A stretch of DNA of 51,601 bases, from sequence record DRR723986_17763. One strand, 5' to 3'. The position numbers and the translations under genes are program-made. The notes under the pieces are model-generated. The model worked only from the letters and a program-made list of their open reading frames with translations, was not told the DNA's origin and made no database searches. Positions 47,508 to 51,601 of the stretch are shown piece by piece (position 1 is the first letter of the stretch; every line of letters starts with the position of its first letter).

Positions 47508-48068
47508 TTGGATTTCCTCCATAGGCATATAGAAGCATTGATTTTTTGTGCTCCGGATCCTTTACCCAAGGAGGAGATAGTAAAATGCCTTTCAGAAATG
47601 TTTGAGGCTGAAATTCCTGTTGATCATGTTGATGATGCCATTAATGAATTGATAGGGAAATATCAATCAGAAGATTTTTCATTTCAATTGGAGCATTTGG
47701 GTGGTGGATATCAGTTTTTGACTAAGCCTGCCTATCAGACTTCCATTGGCATTCTTCTTCGTCAGCAATCTCAAAAGAGATTGTCAACAGCACAGCTAGA
47801 AACTTTGTCCATCATTGCCTACAAGCAGCCAGTTACCAAGGGAGATATAGAGCAAATCCGAGGGGTAAATAGCGACTACTCTGTTCAAAAGCTTTTGGAA
47901 AAAGAATTAGTGGATATAAAAGGCAAATCCGACGGGCTAGGTAAGCCAATTTTATATGGAACTTCGAGAAAATTTATGGAATACTTTGGCATTAATTCAT
48001 TAGCTGATTTGCCTCAACCAAAAGATTTTTCTCAACCAGACAACCAAATTGGGGAGGAAAGAGACTAA
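47508..48068 (+). CDS. scpB: SMC-Scp complex subunit ScpB
   Basis: IEALIF, LETLSIIAYKQPVT, IEQIRGV, YGTSRKF..FGI..L.DLP. Confidence 0.93.
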   Translation: MDFLHRHIEALIFCAPDPLPKEEIVKCLSEMFEAEIPVDHVDDAINELIGKYQSEDFSFQLEHLGGGYQFLTKPAYQTSIGILLRQQSQKRLSTAQLETLSIIAYKQPVTKGDIEQIRGVNSDYSVQKLLEKELVDIKGKSDGLGKPILYGTSRKFMEYFGINSLADLPQPKDFSQPDNQIGEERD

Positions 48069-48688
48069 TTGCTTGGCGTTACTTTAGCCAATTGAGCGAT
48101 CAAATATTTTCTACCAGAATTTACCTCCTCGCATAGCACTCGGGTTCTTCGCGTTTCGCCTTTTTCAAATTCTCTTCCAGAAAGGAAAAACCTGTTTCCT
48201 GGCTTCAAATCTGAAAGGAAAATCACATCAGAATTGCTGATTTTTTCATCGTATTTACTCATTTCCTTCATGAGAAATAGGTCACGGGACGAGCTGGCTT
48301 TGGGGTTACTCATGTGCTTGCGCAAAGGAATGAGTAGGTCTATAGGGAATACCGCCGTTGAGAGTAGAGGTAGCATTAATTGCTGAAAAATAGCTTTCCA
48401 TTCCATACCATGGGGCGTGATGGATTGGCCATACCGTACATAGGCATGAAGGTGGGCAACTTCATGAATGTAAGTCAGGAGAAACTGGTACGGGTTAAGA
48501 TCCGCATTGATGGTGATAGTTTGGATTGTTCTATCGGAGCGAAATCTAAAATCTCCCAATTTCGTTTTTCGGGAAGCAGTGGTTTGAAATGAAAATTGTT
48601 CTTTTGTCCAAAGATCCACAGCATAATTGACTGCAGATAAAGGAATTTTTTTTAATAGGATTTGCCTCAGGGATTCTGCTAAAATCAT
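48065..48688 (-). CDS. SprT-like zinc metalloprotease domain protein
   Basis: RKTKLGD, HEVAH, PHGMEW. Confidence 0.85.
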   Translation of the reverse strand: MILAESLRQILLKKIPLSAVNYAVDLWTKEQFSFQTTASRKTKLGDFRFRSDRTIQTITINADLNPYQFLLTYIHEVAHLHAYVRYGQSITPHGMEWKAIFQQLMLPLLSTAVFPIDLLIPLRKHMSNPKASSSRDLFLMKEMSKYDEKISNSDVIFLSDLKPGNRFFLSGREFEKGETRRTRVLCEEVNSGRKYLIAQLAKVTPSN

Positions 48689-48700
48689 TGTGAAAAATAC

Positions 48701-48729
48701 AAAAAAAAGAGCCCCGACATGCGGGGCTC
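48701..48729 (-). terminator. Intrinsic terminator after small lipoprotein
   Basis: GAGCCCCG-ACATG-CGGGGCTC with A8 tract. Confidence 0.8.
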
Positions 48730-48751
48730 AATACATTTAGGAAGGGAAGAA

Positions 48752-48949
48752 TTATTGAGCAGGCTCAACAACTTCAACAGTCTCTTCTACTACTACTGTA
48801 GTATCAGCTTCGATGATGATTTCTTCCTCAACAACTGGCTCTTCAACTACCTCGATAGTCTCAACAGTTTCTTCTTTAACTTCTTTGTTACCGCATGAAG
48901 CTACAGCGAACATGCTAGCGATTGCGAAAATTGCAAATACTTTTTTCAT
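48752..48949 (-). CDS. Small acidic lipoprotein
   Basis: Lipobox VASC; E/V/T-rich tail; TACATTTG promoter at 48976-48983 (minus) and own terminator. Confidence 0.8.
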   Translation of the reverse strand: MKKVFAIFAIASMFAVASCGNKEVKEETVETIEVVEEPVVEEEIIIEADTTVVVEETVEVVEPAQ

Positions 48950-49026
48950 TTTTTGTGGTTTTCTTAATTACACTGCAAATGTATTACAGTTTTCATCAAT
49001 AAAACAATAGCCCGTTTAAATATATT

Positions 49027-50340
49027 TTATTTGTTTTTGTAAATTATTTTTACAGGAACTCCCTCGAAATCAAAGTTTTCGCGAAGTCTGTTTTCCAGGT
49101 ATCTTGTATATGGTGATTTGATGTACTGGGGTAAGTTGCAGAAGAATGCAAACACCGGATTTTTGGTAGGAAGCTGAGTAGAATATTTGATTTTTATATA
49201 CTTTCCTTTCCAAGCTGGCGGAGGATATCTTTCGATCTCAGCTAGCATGACATCGTTCAGTTTGGAAGTTGGGATGCGTCGAGTTTTATTCTCGTAAACT
49301 TTCACAGCTAACTCAATTGCCTGAAAAATCCGTTGTTTTTCAACTACTGAAGTAAAGATGATCGGGATCCATTTGTTTTCACCTAATTTCTCTAACATAT
49401 CATCTTTGATCTTGCCCATGGTTTTATGATCTTTTTCGATCAAATCCCATTTATTCACCATGATCATCACGCCTTTGTTATTCTTAATTGCGAGAGAGAT
49501 CAGGTTCATGTCCTGTGCTTCCAGCCCTCTGGTAGCATCCACCATGACAATTACCACATCTGATTCTTCCAATGTTCTTAATGAACGCATAACCGAGTAG
49601 AATTCTACATCTTCAGTTACTTTGGATTTCTTTCGGATTCCAGCTGTATCTGTTATTATGAAATCCTGTCCATAAAGCTGATAGCGAGTGTGTATAGAAT
49701 CTCTTGTGGTACCTGCTTCATCCGTTACTATCGAGCGATCTTTGCCGATCAAGGCATTTAAGAAAGACGATTTTCCAGCGTTTGGTCTACCTAGAATTGA
49801 AATCTTAGGGGTGTCAGCATCTGGATCTTCTATTCCTTCGTCTTCGAAGTGGGTGATTACCGCATCCAAAAGCTCCCCAGTACCACTACCACTTGCAGAA
49901 GCAACTGGATAAACCTCGAAGTCACTTACACCCAAGGCATAGAATTCGTGCATGGCAAAGCTTTTTTCTTGATTATCTGCTTTGTTTGCTACGACATAGA
50001 TGGGCTTCTTGCTGGAGCGAAGTTCTTTTGCAAACTCGCTATCCAGATCTGTTAGTCCTGTGTGACAGTCAACTATAAATAAAATCACATCAGCTTCTTC
50101 TATGGCAAGTTTTACCTGCTTACGGATCTCAGCTTCATACATATCCTCAGAGCCTGTCACATATCCTCCTGTGTCAATCACTGAGAAAAACTTTCCAGCC
50201 CATTGCGCATGTCCGTAATGACGATCACGTGTTACACCACTCATATTATCTTCAATCGCCTTTCGTTCTTCTACTAGTCGGTTGAAAAGAGTGGATTTGC
50301 CCACGTTAGGGCGTCCTACTATCGCTACTATATTTGCCAT
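49027..50340 (-). CDS. der: Ribosome biogenesis GTPase Der (EngA)
   Basis: Two G domains GRPNVGKS and GRPNAGKS, DTGG/DTAG, NKAD/NKWD. Confidence 0.97.
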   Translation of the reverse strand: MANIVAIVGRPNVGKSTLFNRLVEERKAIEDNMSGVTRDRHYGHAQWAGKFFSVIDTGGYVTGSEDMYEAEIRKQVKLAIEEADVILFIVDCHTGLTDLDSEFAKELRSSKKPIYVVANKADNQEKSFAMHEFYALGVSDFEVYPVASASGSGTGELLDAVITHFEDEGIEDPDADTPKISILGRPNAGKSSFLNALIGKDRSIVTDEAGTTRDSIHTRYQLYGQDFIITDTAGIRKKSKVTEDVEFYSVMRSLRTLEESDVVIVMVDATRGLEAQDMNLISLAIKNNKGVMIMVNKWDLIEKDHKTMGKIKDDMLEKLGENKWIPIIFTSVVEKQRIFQAIELAVKVYENKTRRIPTSKLNDVMLAEIERYPPPAWKGKYIKIKYSTQLPTKNPVFAFFCNLPQYIKSPYTRYLENRLRENFDFEGVPVKIIYKNK

Positions 50341-50342
50341 GA

Positions 50343-51236
50343 TTAGGTTGGGTCGTACCCAAATTTTTTCAGTTTCAATTTATTTTTTCTCCAGTCTTGC
50401 TCCACCTTCACGAAGGTTTCAAGGAAGACTTTCTTGCCGAAGAACTTTTCTAATTCTTCTCGGGCTTGTATTCCCACTTTTTTCAGTGCAGCGCCTTTAT
50501 CACCTATGATGATTCCTTTCTGACTATCTCTTTCTACATAAATAATAGCCCGGACGCTGATAATATTTTTTTTCACCTTAAAGTCTTCGATGGAAACTTC
50601 AGAACTGTAAGGGATTTCCTTTTTATAATTTTCGAAGATTTTCTCGCGGATAATCTCAGAGGCAAAGAACCGCTCAGATCTATCGGAAAGTTCCGCTTTG
50701 TCATAAAATGCAGGGTGTTCTGGAAGCCTATCCAGAATCTCTTGCATGATTTTATCCGTATTGAATTTTTCTCCGGCAGAAATTGGAATGACTAGCTCAG
50801 ACTTGATTCTTGAAGTCCAATAAGCTGTAACTTCTTCCAACTGACCGGGTTTGGCTAAGTCGATTTTGTTGACTACCAGCAATACAGGAACACCAGATTC
50901 GTTGATTTTCTCAATCACATGCTCGATATCAGCATCTGTTTCGTAAAGATCGGTTACAAAAAGAATGATGTCAGCATCTTCCAGCGAGATGTTGACAAAG
51001 CTCATCATGTTCTTCTGAAGCTCATATTGTGGTTTCAGCATACCTGGAGTATCAGAAAACACGATCTGATAATTATCGGAGTTAGTCAGTCCAATGATTC
51101 TGTGTCGAGTCGTCTGAGATTTGGAGGTGATGATCGATAGTCGCTCCCCTACAAGGATATTCATCAATGTAGATTTGCCCACATTTGGTTTTCCTATGAT
51201 GTTGACGAAGCCTGCTTGATGTTTTGGTATATCCAT
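50343..51236 (-). CDS. era: GTPase Era
   Basis: GKPNVGKSTL, QTTR, DTPG, NKID, KH domain SQKGIIIG. Confidence 0.97.
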   Translation of the reverse strand: MDIPKHQAGFVNIIGKPNVGKSTLMNILVGERLSIITSKSQTTRHRIIGLTNSDNYQIVFSDTPGMLKPQYELQKNMMSFVNISLEDADIILFVTDLYETDADIEHVIEKINESGVPVLLVVNKIDLAKPGQLEEVTAYWTSRIKSELVIPISAGEKFNTDKIMQEILDRLPEHPAFYDKAELSDRSERFFASEIIREKIFENYKKEIPYSSEVSIEDFKVKKNIISVRAIIYVERDSQKGIIIGDKGAALKKVGIQAREELEKFFGKKVFLETFVKVEQDWRKNKLKLKKFGYDPT

Positions 51237-51251
51237 TGTAGAAATTTTTTA

Positions 51252-51259
51252 CAAAGGTA
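51252..51259 (-). promoter_or_regulatory. -7 promoter element for era-der
   Basis: TACCTTTG on minus strand. Confidence 0.6.
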
Positions 51260-51468
51260 CTTGATTTTTAGATACTACTTACTTTTTTGGGGGTTTGGCA
51301 AAATAAAATTTGGCTTTAAAATGGTGTTTTTATGGCGATGATTATGACTTAGGTAATTGATTGAATGATAAACAGCTGAGAGGTTTGCTGGTAGCATACA
51401 CTAGCTAAGAATGGTGTTTCAATCCATACCTAAGAGAATGGCTATCGAAATATTTTTCTTGTGAAGAG

Positions 51469-51499
51469 TTTGCTTTCCAAAAATAAAGGCCTACTTTTG
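51469..51499 (+). promoter_or_regulatory. Consensus Bacteroidota primary-sigma promoter for tRNA
   Basis: TTTG-N19-TACTTTTG. Confidence 0.7.
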
Positions 51500-51564
51500 T
51501 ATCACAATTAGCCGAAAGGGCAGATTTAGATAAGAAAAAGAAGCTTTTTGCTTTAAAAATATAT

Positions 51565-51601
51565 CGCGGGATGGAGCAGTTGGTAGCTCGTCGGGCTCAT
51601 A
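51565..51601 (+). tRNA. tRNA-Met(CAT), initiator type, truncated by window end
   Basis: CGCGGGATGGAGCAGTTGGTAGCTCGTCGGGCTCATA; C1 start, GGG in anticodon stem, CAT anticodon 51598-51600. Confidence 0.92.

Overview
Core-chromosome segment of a Bacteroidota bacterium. The TAnnTTTG promoter elements, a T9SS-type C-terminal domain and the gene content suggest Cytophagales, probably Cyclobacteriaceae/Algoriphagus-like (inference). It holds about 47 CDS, mostly housekeeping and metabolic: pdxJ, glpDKF, cdd, kdgK-eda, carB, asd, scpB, der-era, plus a truncated initiator tRNA-Met at the right edge. Accessory modules are a HUMPS-family/Zn-dehydrogenase/SDR sugar operon, an orphan TPR histidine kinase with a duplicated upstream motif in front of two small genes, a myo-inositol oxygenase plus sodium:solute symporter pair, and a dinB-dnaE2 mutagenesis cassette under a divergent XRE/S24 LexA-like repressor with a visible palindromic operator. 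No transposase, integrase, CRISPR array or rRNA was seen. The most notable non-coding signal is a ~70-nt structured element (ATGGRATCWCGCWG...TGCTCGATTTCAY) in three clear copies (one in the rluA-family leader, two in tandem in the asd leader) plus one decayed copy; its G-U pairs imply folding antisense to the downstream genes. Also present are several REP/MITE-like palindrome families and an unlisted 56-aa HTH-like ORF.
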